Source: Victivallales bacterium Lenti_02
GTDB taxonomy: Bacteria > Verrucomicrobiota > Lentisphaeria > Oligosphaerales > Lenti-02
Reading direction: 5' to 3'
Assembly (NCBI GenBank): GCA_001603055.1
Contig: LVAZ01000176.1
Location: forward strand, 1 to 34,369
DNA length: 34,369 bases
The position numbers and the translations under genes were made by a program. Below the pieces are notes generated by a model. That model was not told where the DNA came from. It made no database searches and saw only the letters and a list, made by a program, of their open reading frames with translations. Below, in pieces: positions 7,067 to 15,796 of this stretch. The number at the start of each line of letters is the position of its first letter. Position 1 is the first letter of the stretch.

Positions 7067-9802
7067 ATGCGCACGGGACGTTGCTTCGCCTTGCTGCTTT
7101 GCGGTCTTTCCCTGGCCTGGGCGGGGGAGGGGACTCTGGTGGCGCGGTACGGGTTTGCCGGGGCGGACGTGGGGAAGGACGAGCTGGGGAACCACGATTT
7201 GACCTGCACCGGGGGCGGGCGGATCGAGAGTCCCGCCGGGCCAGGTGTGGTTTTCGCGGGGGACGGGGGATTGGAACTGGCCGCCGAGCGCTGTCCGGAT
7301 TTCCGCGCGGGTTTCGGCCTGGATTTCCGGCTGCGGCTCGATTCCCTCGAGGGGCCGATGGTGATCGCCGCCCGCGACGGGCAGTTCCTGCTGCGCCTGG
7401 ACCCGGAACGGGAACAGGGCTCTCTTTCCTTTTTCGTCCGCGACCACAATTGGGAACCGCGTCTGCGGGGACCGCGCCTGGAAGCCGGGAAATGGTATCA
7501 TGTGCGGGCGGGGTGGAATGGTCGGCAGATGGTCCTGCAGGTGGACGAGGCGGTGGCGCGGCAGGCGCGCCGGGTCCGGCAAGGAACCTCGCCCCAGCCG
7601 TTGCAGTTCGGGCAACGGCTCGAATGGGGCGGTCCCTTGCAGGGGGCGCTGGCCGCGTTGCAGATACATGCCCCCGCACCGGACGACTGGTTCGAGGCGG
7701 AAGGCGAGGAACGGCTCGCGGGTTGTCCGGTCGAGTTGTTCGAGGTGGACAATGCCTACCCCCGCGCGGGACGGCCGGAAACGGTCAATCTCTGGCTGCG
7801 GGCCGACCAGGCTTTGCCGGGCGGCACTGTGACTTTGGAGTTGGGGGACGGGCTGCGGTTGGCCGGGGACGAAGCGACCCGCGCCGTTCCCGCCCTGGTC
7901 GCCGGGGAGACGGTGGAATGGACCTGGCGGGTGCAGGCCGACCAGCCTGGTACATATGCCATCGCCGCGACCGACGGGGCTGGCGCAGCCGTCCGGCGAC
8001 AGGTGGTTTTCCAGCCGCCCGCCGCCTGGGGACGCCATGGCTACGTGCCGCCGCCCGAGCCGGTGCGGACCGAGGTGTTGGTCGGAGCGCAGATGTGCCC
8101 GCTCTGGAAAGAGGGCGCGCGCCGTTCCGTCTGGCAGCCCATCGTGCCCTGGTACGACCGCAAGCCGGTGCTGGGCTGGTACGACGAGGGGAATCCGGAA
8201 GTGACGGACTGGGAGATCAAATGGTGCCTGGACCACGGCATTTCTTTCTTCGTCTATTGCTGGTACCGGGCCAACCAAGGCGGGCCGGTCGACCAGCGGC
8301 TGGGCCATGCCATCCACGAGGGCCTGTTCCACGCCCGCTACCGGGACCAGTTCCAATTCGCCATCATGTGGGAGAATCAGCAGAAGGGTTCCTCGGGGGT
8401 GGCGTCCGAAGAGGATTTCCTGGAAAATCTGCTGCCCTTCTGGATCGAGAACTACTTCCAGCATCCGAGCTATCTGGTGCTCGACGGCAAACCCTTGCTC
8501 TACATCTATCGCCCGGAATATCTGGTGAACGACCTAGGCAGCGTGGCGCTGGCCCGGCAGGCGCTCGACAAGGCGCGCGCCGCCTGCGTCGCGGCCGGTT
8601 TCAAGGGGTTGATTCTGCTCGGCGAATACCGGGGGAGCGATCCCAACCACCTGCGTCGGCTGGTCGAATTGGGGATGGACCACAGCTTCGCCTACTGCTG
8701 GCCCCTGCCGGGCAGTCCCGCCTCCGCCAAGGCCGTGGACATGCAGGAGGAAATCTGGCAGGGACGGCGGGAGATGGCCATTCTGCCCGAGCAGATCAAT
8801 GTCTCGATGGGCTGGGACTCGCGGCCCTGGCATCCGTCCTCCTCGATCTGGCGGCATACCCCGGCGGATTTCGCCGAAGCCTGCCGCCGCGCCCTCGCCG
8901 CCGCCAAGCAGTATCCCGAGGGCAGTATTTCCCGGCGCGTGGTCCTGCTCGACAACTGGAACGAATTCGGCGAGGGGCACTATCTCATGCCCCATCGCGA
9001 ATACGGCTTCGGCTATCTCGAAGCCGTGCGCGAAGCCTTCGCGCCGAATGCGCCGAAACGGAAACAAGACGTGACTCCGGCGGACGTGGGCCTGGGCCCC
9101 TACGACAGCCGCTACCGGCAGGTGCGCAGCGAGGAACGGCGTTTCCGGGTGCTGCTGGCTGCGGTGCCGGCGACTCCCGTCCGCGAGGAGGGACTGGCGG
9201 CCTTCTGGACCTTCGACGACCCGCCCGAGGCGGAAGTGGCGGTGGATCAGACGGGGAACGGCATGGGTGCCCGTCTCCGGCAGGCCCGGCGCGCGCCGGG
9301 TATTCGGGGACAGGCTCTGCTCTGCGACGGTGGCATCGGCCAAGTCCTGCCCGATCCCCGGCTTTTCCCGCGCAGCCTCACCTTTTCCTGCTGGATCTAC
9401 GCCGAGCAGGAAGGGCAGAGCGACCGCTGGTTCGCCAACTCGATCTACGGCGGCACGACCGATGCGGGCTACCGTTTCGGCCTTTCCGGTGGACGACTGA
9501 GTTGGGGAGTCCCCGAAACGGCCTGGAGCCACCATCTCCGCGCCAGCGAACCGCTCCCCGCCGGGCGCTGGGTGCATGTGGCGGCGACGGCCGACGACAA
9601 GGCGATGCGCATCTACCAGGACAGCCGCGAAGTGGCCTATACCAGCCGCACCCTCCCGGTGCGGGAGCCCGAGAACCGCCCCCTCACCCTGGGCAATTTC
9701 GAGGGCCAGCACCGCGCCCACTTCCAGGGCCTGCTCGACGAAGTCCGCATCTACGACCGCATCCTCACCCCCGAACAAATCGCCGAACTGGCCAGACCGT
9801 AG
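7067..9802 (+). CDS. large secreted multidomain protein: LamG-like / Ig-like (CARDB/NEW3-like) / glycoside-hydrolase-like TIM region / LamG-like
   Basis: Signal peptide MRTGRCFALLLCGLSLAWA. The N- and C-terminal concanavalin/LamG-type modules include a C-terminal GLLDEVRIYDRILTPEQIAELA ending. The central region has LGWYDEG...DHGISFFVYCWY and LLDNWNEFGEGHYLMP, resembling the NEW-x-EG motif of GH99/WbsX-like TIM enzymes. GGAGA lies 8 nt upstream. Confidence 0.7.
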   Translation: MRTGRCFALLLCGLSLAWAGEGTLVARYGFAGADVGKDELGNHDLTCTGGGRIESPAGPGVVFAGDGGLELAAERCPDFRAGFGLDFRLRLDSLEGPMVIAARDGQFLLRLDPEREQGSLSFFVRDHNWEPRLRGPRLEAGKWYHVRAGWNGRQMVLQVDEAVARQARRVRQGTSPQPLQFGQRLEWGGPLQGALAALQIHAPAPDDWFEAEGEERLAGCPVELFEVDNAYPRAGRPETVNLWLRADQALPGGTVTLELGDGLRLAGDEATRAVPALVAGETVEWTWRVQADQPGTYAIAATDGAGAAVRRQVVFQPPAAWGRHGYVPPPEPVRTEVLVGAQMCPLWKEGARRSVWQPIVPWYDRKPVLGWYDEGNPEVTDWEIKWCLDHGISFFVYCWYRANQGGPVDQRLGHAIHEGLFHARYRDQFQFAIMWENQQKGSSGVASEEDFLENLLPFWIENYFQHPSYLVLDGKPLLYIYRPEYLVNDLGSVALARQALDKARAACVAAGFKGLILLGEYRGSDPNHLRRLVELGMDHSFAYCWPLPGSPASAKAVDMQEEIWQGRREMAILPEQINVSMGWDSRPWHPSSSIWRHTPADFAEACRRALAAAKQYPEGSISRRVVLLDNWNEFGEGHYLMPHREYGFGYLEAVREAFAPNAPKRKQDVTPADVGLGPYDSRYRQVRSEERRFRVLLAAVPATPVREEGLAAFWTFDDPPEAEVAVDQTGNGMGARLRQARRAPGIRGQALLCDGGIGQVLPDPRLFPRSLTFSCWIYAEQEGQSDRWFANSIYGGTTDAGYRFGLSGGRLSWGVPETAWSHHLRASEPLPAGRWVHVAATADDKAMRIYQDSREVAYTSRTLPVREPENRPLTLGNFEGQHRAHFQGLLDEVRIYDRILTPEQIAELARP

Positions 9803-9815
9803 GCGTGTCGGCTTT

Positions 9816-10703
9816 TCAATTCTCGAGTGTGGCCATGTACTCGGAAAACCAATCCGGCCTCAGCGATTGCATGGCCTTGCGCCAGGCCAGGGCGTTGCTG
9901 GTGGAGTCGTGGCGGGCGCGGGCGGCTTCGGCCAGATAGAGCGAACGCAGAAAACGTTGCTCGGGCGAACCGGAGGAGGAAGCCGCCATACGTTGGGCAA
10001 GGAATGCCTCGAAGGCGGAGTTGGCGGGAGCAATCGGCAATATTCCTTTTTGCCAGGTCCGGAAGGCCAGAGAGGTCCACGCCTCGGCATCGCTCTCGCT
10101 TTGCTGGCGCATGTGTTGATACTCAGGAACAAGTTCCGGGAAAAGGAAATCGACCTGGCAGGCTGCGGCATCGTGGAACAGGGCTAGGCTCAGGAAATTC
10201 CAGGCAGCGCTAATCTGGTTCTTTCGGTAGGCCGTGAAGGCTTGCAGTTGACGGAGGAGGGCATGTTCTCCCAGGTCGCGCAGGGAATTGGCGATGCGAG
10301 TTTCAACCAGCGGCCAGTTGCCGTTGCGGGCGACGATCTCGGCGGGTAGCAGGCCGTTGGCAAACGGCGCGGTGCGTTCTGGGACAAGGCGCTTGCCCAG
10401 CAACGCCCACAGCCCTTGTTGGATGGCCTGAGCATCCGACTGCAAACCGGAGATGGAAGCTGGGACATCCGGCATGCGGACCAGGATGGCCAACTGCGCC
10501 GCGTCTTCCTCCGGGGGCAGGGTCAGGATTGTGCGCAAGGCGGCCATCGCCTCCCGTTTGGCGATGAGGCCGGGTTGATTGGGGAAAAGACTCGCCTGCT
10601 CCTGCAGAGCGTTCTCCAGGCCGGCGAACTCACCGGCTCGCAGGCACTTGTCCCAACGGCAACGGAAGACGTTTTCGTCGGAGAAAAGGAGCATCTGTTC
10701 CAT
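9816..10703 (-). CDS. hypothetical all-helical protein (orphan, lower GC)
   Basis: This is the only long ORF in a lower-GC stretch. It is convergent with the LamG gene across a 13-nt gap. The track start at 10721 is a TTG, so ATG 10703 (MEQMLLF) is used here. No SD is evident and I recognise no family motif. Confidence 0.5.
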   Translation of the reverse strand: MEQMLLFSDENVFRCRWDKCLRAGEFAGLENALQEQASLFPNQPGLIAKREAMAALRTILTLPPEEDAAQLAILVRMPDVPASISGLQSDAQAIQQGLWALLGKRLVPERTAPFANGLLPAEIVARNGNWPLVETRIANSLRDLGEHALLRQLQAFTAYRKNQISAAWNFLSLALFHDAAACQVDFLFPELVPEYQHMRQQSESDAEAWTSLAFRTWQKGILPIAPANSAFEAFLAQRMAASSSGSPEQRFLRSLYLAEAARARHDSTSNALAWRKAMQSLRPDWFSEYMATLEN

Positions 10704-11041
10704 AGAGGGGCCGATCAGCAAGGCATGATTGTGGCAGCAAGTCTCGCCCGCATGTCACCAATGGAACATGGGACGTGAGAAGCGCTTCCCAGATGGCGCA
10801 GTGTAAGTGCGGCAGGATTGGATTACAAACGGATGGGCATGGGGTTGTGGCGGCGGAAGTCACGGACCGGGGGACGGCGTCACCCTCCTGCAAGGTGGGT
10901 GGAACGCGCGAAAACCCCGCCTGTGTCCCGTCTTGAGGCGGAAGCGGCGCACAGTTTCAGCGCATGGAGCACGTTGGGATACACGGTGGCATTCCGGAAA
11001 CCCGTTCCCGGCGTCCAAGTTTCGCCTCAAGGAGATGCGTT

Positions 11042-11070
11042 TTGTTTGCAGTCTTGACGGAGCGTATTAT
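11042..11070 (+). promoter_or_regulatory. weak sigma70-like promoter candidate (TTGTTT-N17-TATTAT)
   Basis: TTGTTT at 11042-11047 and TATTAT at 11065-11070, about 75 nt upstream of ATG 11145, in an AT-richer intergenic stretch. Confidence 0.3.
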
Positions 11071-11144
11071 TTTCGTTCGAAACGAGCGTCGAAATTTTGT
11101 TCGCCTCCCATCTCGTATCACGACTGCAACTAGGAGTCCGGCAA

Positions 11145-11816
11145 ATGTCCAAGCAAAAATCCCGTTTCACCCTGATCGAGTTGCTGGTAGTCATCGCCAT
11201 CATCGCAATTTTGGCATCCATGCTTCTGCCGGCCCTGAGTCGGGCGCGCGAGAAAGCCCGGCAGATCAGTTGCACTAGCAATCTCAAGCAGATTTCCCTC
11301 GGCTACCTCATGTATGCATCGGACAACAAGGACTACTGGGTCCGCGACAATCTGGGCGGCTGGGGAACCCACTGGACGTGGCGCGCCCTGATCTACAACT
11401 ACATCAACTCGACCGAAGTCTTCAACTGCCCGAGCGCCACCTTCAACTACTCCGGCGCCCTGGCGGGGCAACCGGTGTCGGGCGAGGGCGCCATCCTGGG
11501 CGGCTACGGCAACAACACCGTTCATTGGCAACCCGGCGCGCCCGAGCCGCCCCATGCCGTGCTTTCCTCCGTCCGGTTCGCGAGGCCCTCCTCCCTCATC
11601 ATCTGCGGCGACTCCCACAACGGCGGCACCCAGATTTCCATCGAGAGCAACGCCCCCGGCTTCAACCGGATCGTTGCGGGACAGGCGGCGGGTGCCGAGC
11701 GCCACGGTGGCATGGCCAACTACGCCTTCGCCGACGGGCATGTGGAGTCCCTCCGACCCCACAACATCCCCTGCACAACCACTGATTGCTGGTGGGCGGC
11801 TGAAGGCAGGCATTAA
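11145..11816 (+). CDS. prepilin-type N-terminal cleavage/methylation domain protein, DUF1559 / H-X9-DG type (copy 2)
   Basis: [49 protein letters not shown] is nearly identical at protein level to copy 1 over about 45 residues. C-terminal [12 protein letters not shown] has the H-X9-DG style. AGGAG (11133-11137) lies 7 nt before the ATG. Confidence 0.85.
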   Translation: MSKQKSRFTLIELLVVIAIIAILASMLLPALSRAREKARQISCTSNLKQISLGYLMYASDNKDYWVRDNLGGWGTHWTWRALIYNYINSTEVFNCPSATFNYSGALAGQPVSGEGAILGGYGNNTVHWQPGAPEPPHAVLSSVRFARPSSLIICGDSHNGGTQISIESNAPGFNRIVAGQAAGAERHGGMANYAFADGHVESLRPHNIPCTTTDCWWAAEGRH

Positions 11817-12065
11817 GCCGGAGGTCGGTTCCTCGGTCCTGTGCGCGACCTGGCAAAGCCGGGGACGGTTCACCATCTGATTGAGAGACGGCGGGGAGGA
11901 TATATGTGCCCCCCCCCCAGTCCTTCGCACAGGTGGGTCGTTCCCGTGTTTCGTTCTTTTTTGGCGGCTGGCAGAGTGTTTTTCTTTGGCGGTGCTACGG
12001 TGTGGGAAGACAATCGGAATGAATGAGCTACCGCAGCCTGCGGGAAAAGTTGCCGGAGTCGGAAT

Positions 12066-13073
12066 GTGATGAACAGCTTCGAGCGCTATGCCGCGACCAT
12101 CGCCGGGAAACCGGTGGATTTCCTGCCCCGCGTGCCCATTCTCATGCAGTTCGCTGCCGAGCACATCGGTTCAAACTACGGGGCTTTCGCGGCGGACTAC
12201 CGGGTGCTCGCGGAGGCCAATCTGCGCTGCCGGGAGGAGTTTGGCTTCGAGCAGGTGAGCTGCATTTCCGATCCGTACCGGGAGACGCAGGGGTTCGGGG
12301 CCGAGATCGAGTATCTGCGGGACGCCGTGCCCCGATGTCTGGCCCATCCGCTGGAAGAGAGCAAGGATTTGGGTTTGCTCAAGACCCCCGATCCGCTGGG
12401 GTCGGAACGGATGCGGGACCGGGTCGAGGCGGCCCGCGAGATGCGCCGCCGGGTCGGGCGCGAGGCGTCGGTGCTTGGCTGGATCGAGGGGCCGGGGGCC
12501 GAGGCGGCGGATTTGCGCGGGGTGATGAATTTCCTGATCGACACGATGGACGATGTGCCCTTCTGCCGGGAGCTGATGGACCGCTGCGTCGAGGTGGGGA
12601 TCGCCTTCGCGGAGGCGCAGATCGCGGCGGGGGCGGACACGGTGGGCATCGGCGACGCCATCGCCAGCCAGGTGACGCCCGATTTCTACCATGCCGAAAT
12701 CCAACCGCGCGAGGCGCGTCTGGTCCGCGCCATCCAGGCCAGGGGTGCCTGGGCCAAGCTGCACATCTGCGGGGATATCACGAAACTGCTGCCGGGAATC
12801 GCCGGGCTGGGGTTGGACATTCTCGATGTGGACCACATGGTGGACCTGCGCGCGGTGCGGTCGGCGGTCGGTCCGCGGGTGGTGATCGCGGGCAATGTCG
12901 ATCCGGTGGCGGTGGTGAGCCGGGGCACGCCTGCGGGCATCCGCGCGGCTCTGGAGCGGTGCTATGCGGCGGCGGGCAATCCCTTCATGGTGAACGCTGG
13001 CTGCGAAATCCCGCCGGGTACCCCGCCCACGAACCTCCACGCCTTCTGCGAGCCTTTGGCCTACCGGCCCTGA
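12066..13073 (+). CDS. uroporphyrinogen decarboxylase (URO-D/MtaA-like) family protein, copy B
   Basis: 335 aa. The sequence (M)MNSFERYAATIAGKPVDFLPRVPILMQFAAEHIG...ISDPYRETQGFGAEI...IGDAIASQV...NAGCEIPPGTPPTNL fits the URO-D/methylcobamide:CoM methyltransferase-like TIM family. GTG 12066 or ATG 12069 is the start. Confidence 0.7.
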   Translation: MMNSFERYAATIAGKPVDFLPRVPILMQFAAEHIGSNYGAFAADYRVLAEANLRCREEFGFEQVSCISDPYRETQGFGAEIEYLRDAVPRCLAHPLEESKDLGLLKTPDPLGSERMRDRVEAAREMRRRVGREASVLGWIEGPGAEAADLRGVMNFLIDTMDDVPFCRELMDRCVEVGIAFAEAQIAAGADTVGIGDAIASQVTPDFYHAEIQPREARLVRAIQARGAWAKLHICGDITKLLPGIAGLGLDILDVDHMVDLRAVRSAVGPRVVIAGNVDPVAVVSRGTPAGIRAALERCYAAAGNPFMVNAGCEIPPGTPPTNLHAFCEPLAYRP

Positions 13074-13771
13074 GGCGGGTATTCGCGGGACCACTCGGGG
13101 TCGTGCCCGGTGCGCAGAAAGCGAATCCAGCGCTGGCGGAAGGATTCCTCCAGACTAATCGCGTCAAGGTCGGCGACCACCCGCTCGATGTCGTAGGCGA
13201 CAAACCGGAATTCGAGGTTGCCGTTCTCCTCGACGGCATAGCCCGCGCGCGGGTCGCGATTGCGGGGCTGGCCGACGGCGGGGAGGCAGACCAGCCTGCG
13301 GTCTCCCAGCGTCCGGTCGATGGCCCGATGGCAATGGCCGCAGATCAGGAAACGGTCGGCTACGGCCGCGAGATGCCGTTCGAGGACATCGTCGGGCATG
13401 GCGGGGTGGAGGTAGGGCGCGCCGGGGACGAGGTGGCGGATTGTGGCGACGCCTTGGCCGAAGGGCAGTTCCCGTTCCTGAGGAAGATGTTTCAAATAGG
13501 CGATGTGGCCTTCGCTGAGCCGGTCGCGGGTCCATTGGTCCCAGTTGCCGGGCAGAGCGCCTTTGGCGCGGGCGAGAATGCTTTCGTCGTGGTTGCCGAG
13601 GATGGCCTTGGGGACCAGCGCCGCCAGCAGGTCGACGCACTCGCCGGGATGGGGGCCGAAGCCGACGACATCGCCCAGAAAGACGATTTCGTCCACGGTC
13701 CCCGCGTCCCGGAGCACCGCCGCGAAGGCGGGAAGGTTCGCGTGCACGTCCGCTATCCAGAGCCGTTTCAT
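13061..13771 (-). CDS. metallophosphoesterase (calcineurin-like, YfcE/MJ0936-type)
   Basis: MKRLWIADVHANL...IVFLGDVVGFGP...LGNHD...ICGHCH carries the D-x-H, GD, GNH[DE] and GH-x-H motifs. I chose the internal ATG at 13771. The 3' end overlaps the convergent URO-D gene by 13 nt. Confidence 0.85.
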   Translation of the reverse strand: MKRLWIADVHANLPAFAAVLRDAGTVDEIVFLGDVVGFGPHPGECVDLLAALVPKAILGNHDESILARAKGALPGNWDQWTRDRLSEGHIAYLKHLPQERELPFGQGVATIRHLVPGAPYLHPAMPDDVLERHLAAVADRFLICGHCHRAIDRTLGDRRLVCLPAVGQPRNRDPRAGYAVEENGNLEFRFVAYDIERVVADLDAISLEESFRQRWIRFLRTGHDPEWSREYPPQGR

Positions 13772-13988
13772 GGGGCGGCAGTCTCCAGTTTCCGGTCGGT
13801 TGCTGACCGGGAAAGGTACTGCGGAGTTCTCCGGATTTCCCGGCGGCGGGGGTGCGGACTTGCAAAACGTTTTTCGCTGTATATGTATTGCCTCGATTCC
13901 TCTCCCGAAGAGCGGGGCCTTTCCAGGGCGGCGGTGCCGGGAAAGGGTGGGACAACCGCACCATGAACGTACATCACTTGGAGACTGT

Positions 13989-14375
13989 ATGCCGATGAAG
14001 AGATATTCCGAAGACCACCAGTGGGTGAAGTACGAGAATGGGCGGGCGACCGTGGGGATCACCGCCTACGCGGCCGACGAGCTGGGCGACATCACCTTCG
14101 TGGAACTGCCCGAGGTGGGCCTGGTGGTGAGCCAGGGCGATGTGCTCTGCGTCGTGGAGTCGGCCAAGGCCGCCTCCGACGTCTACGCCCCGGTCGGGGG
14201 CACGGTGGTGGACGTGAACCGGGCGCTCGACGCGAGCCCCATCACGGTGAGCGACTCGCCCGAGTCCCGAGGCTGGATTTGCCGGCTCGAGGAAGTGGAC
14301 GAGAGCGAGCTGGAGAATCTGATGTCGGACGCCCAGTACGAAGAGTTTCTGGACGAAGACGAGACCGAAGAGTGA
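13989..14375 (+). CDS. gcvH: glycine cleavage system H protein (lipoyl carrier)
   Basis: Canonical GcvH sequence: YSEDHQWVKYENGRATVGITAYAADELGDITFVELPEVG...VESAKAASDVYAPVGG, with the lipoyl-lysine in ESAKA. GGAGA lies just upstream of ATG 13989. It has an acidic tail, EEFLDEDETEE. Confidence 0.9.
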   Translation: MPMKRYSEDHQWVKYENGRATVGITAYAADELGDITFVELPEVGLVVSQGDVLCVVESAKAASDVYAPVGGTVVDVNRALDASPITVSDSPESRGWICRLEEVDESELENLMSDAQYEEFLDEDETEE

Positions 14376-15697
14376 AGCCAGGCCGTCGCCGTTCCGATTT
14401 CCCGCCGCCCCGTCCAGCCACTCTCCCGTCCCCGACTCCGGGCGAGCCGGATGTGGTGGTGGTCGGCGGCGGCGCGGCGGGCTTGATGGCCGGGGCCTGC
14501 GCGGCTGAATTGGGCTTGCGCTGCGTGGTGCTCGAACGGCGCCATCGCCCCGGACTCAAGTTGCTGCTGTGCGGCAACAACCGCTGCAATGTGACCCATC
14601 GGGCCACGGTCGAGGAGATGCTCGCCGCCTACGGCGAGCCGGTCGCCGGTTTCCTGCGTCCCGCGCTGACGGCGTTTCCCCCCGAGGAACTCCGGCGCTG
14701 GTTCGCGGACCGGGGCCTGCGGACCACGGTCCACGAGGACGGCCGGGTCTTTCCGGCCAGCGAGCAGGCCGACGATGTGGTCCACTGTTTCCGGGACGTG
14801 TTCCGCGACCGTGAAATACCGCTGGTGCATCAGAGTCCCGTGCAGGGCATCGAGCGGGAGGGGAACGGCTACCGGGTGCGGACCCTGCATTTCTCCCTGG
14901 TGGCGCCCCGTGTGCTGGTGGCGACCGGCGGGGTGAGCTATCCGAAAACCGGTTCGGTGGGCGACGGGCAGCGTTTCGCGCGGGAGCTGGGGCATCGGGT
15001 GCTGCCGTTCCGTCCGGGGCTGGCGGGGCTTGAGCTGGATGCCTGCAAACTGGTGCAGGGCGAGCCGGTGAGCCTGCCGGACACGGCGGTCGGTCTGTTC
15101 TGCGGAGGTCGCGAAATGGCGCGGACCGAGGGCGAGATACTGCTCGACCGGACCTGTGCGCGGGGACCGGCCATGGTCAACGCCAGCCGCATCATGGCCC
15201 GCGAGAATCTGCGGGACGTGGAACTGCGCATCGATCTTTTCCCCGCCCTGCAACTGGCCGATTTGGCGCGCCGTCTGATGGAATCGCCGCGCGCCCGCCG
15301 GGGCCGGAAGGAAGCCTCCCCGCTTGCCCCCGGCGAGGTCTTCGCCTTTCTGGCCGGGCAGCTTCCTGCCGCCGCCTCGCCCGAGGCCAAGGCCAAGCTG
15401 CTCAAGGACTGGCGGATTCCCGTGCGGGGGGTGCGCCCGCTCAAGGAGGCGATGGTGACCGTGGGCGGAGTCGATCTGGCGGACATCGATCCGGAGACCA
15501 TGCAGTCCCGGCGCTGTCCGGGGCTGTATTTCGCGGGCGAGGTGATGGATGTGGACGGGCCGACCGGGGGCTACAATCTGCATGCCGCCTTCGCCACGGC
15601 CCGGCTGGCCATTTCCGCCATCGCCCGCGAGGCCGGTTCCGGCCTCGCGCAACCGCCGCCGCCCCGTCCGCCGCGCCCGTTCCGGAACCGCCGCTGA
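14372..15697 (+). CDS. HI0933/YhiN (BaiN-like) family NAD(P)/FAD-dependent flavoprotein
   Basis: DVVVVGGGAAGLMAG dinucleotide fold, GNNRCNVTH, and C-terminal TVGGVDLADIDPETMQSRRCPGLYFAGEVMDVDGPTGGYNL are typical of this family. Start proposed at GTG 14372, overlapping the gcvH stop (GTGA). GTG 14453, directly before the GGGAAG motif, is an alternative. Confidence 0.75.
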   Translation: MKPGRRRSDFPPPRPATLPSPTPGEPDVVVVGGGAAGLMAGACAAELGLRCVVLERRHRPGLKLLLCGNNRCNVTHRATVEEMLAAYGEPVAGFLRPALTAFPPEELRRWFADRGLRTTVHEDGRVFPASEQADDVVHCFRDVFRDREIPLVHQSPVQGIEREGNGYRVRTLHFSLVAPRVLVATGGVSYPKTGSVGDGQRFARELGHRVLPFRPGLAGLELDACKLVQGEPVSLPDTAVGLFCGGREMARTEGEILLDRTCARGPAMVNASRIMARENLRDVELRIDLFPALQLADLARRLMESPRARRGRKEASPLAPGEVFAFLAGQLPAAASPEAKAKLLKDWRIPVRGVRPLKEAMVTVGGVDLADIDPETMQSRRCPGLYFAGEVMDVDGPTGGYNLHAAFATARLAISAIAREAGSGLAQPPPPRPPRPFRNRR

Positions 15698-15796
15698 CCG
15701 CCGGGTTTCCGGGTGGTTCCACAGGTGGCGAAGAGAAGCGGTTGGGGGTATGTTCCCCGCTGCCTCATTCCGTCTTTCCATCCGAAGGGGTAATGC

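Noticed and set aside
7081-9939. 952-aa alternate-frame ORF overlapping the LamG exoprotein gene. Others: 5776-7449, 6992-8464, 8534-9778 (minus) and 2388-3830, 4511-5791 (minus).
   Set aside because: These are alternate-frame or antisense products of genuine genes with Arg/Pro/Gly-dominated sequences, as expected by chance at this GC content.
11054-11082. TTGACG at 11054-11059 as the -35 element for DUF1559 copy 2
   Set aside because: A 17-nt spacing lands on TCGAAA, a poor -10 element. The TATTAT hexamer is only 5 nt away from it. The TTGTTT-N17-TATTAT pairing fits better, although it is still weak.
10807-11133. Small ORFs in the 10.7-11.1 kb gap (10807-11133, 10818-11057, 10964-11278 plus strand; 10630-10893 minus strand)
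   Set aside because: They overlap one another in different frames, lack SD sequences and have implausible Arg/Gly/Trp-rich translations. The region is better treated as a non-coding divergent promoter region.
13061-13073. The 13-nt convergent overlap of the URO-D copy B and metallophosphoesterase 3' ends as a regulatory feature
   Set aside because: Short convergent overlaps are common in compact genomes, and no hairpin or antisense element is evident.
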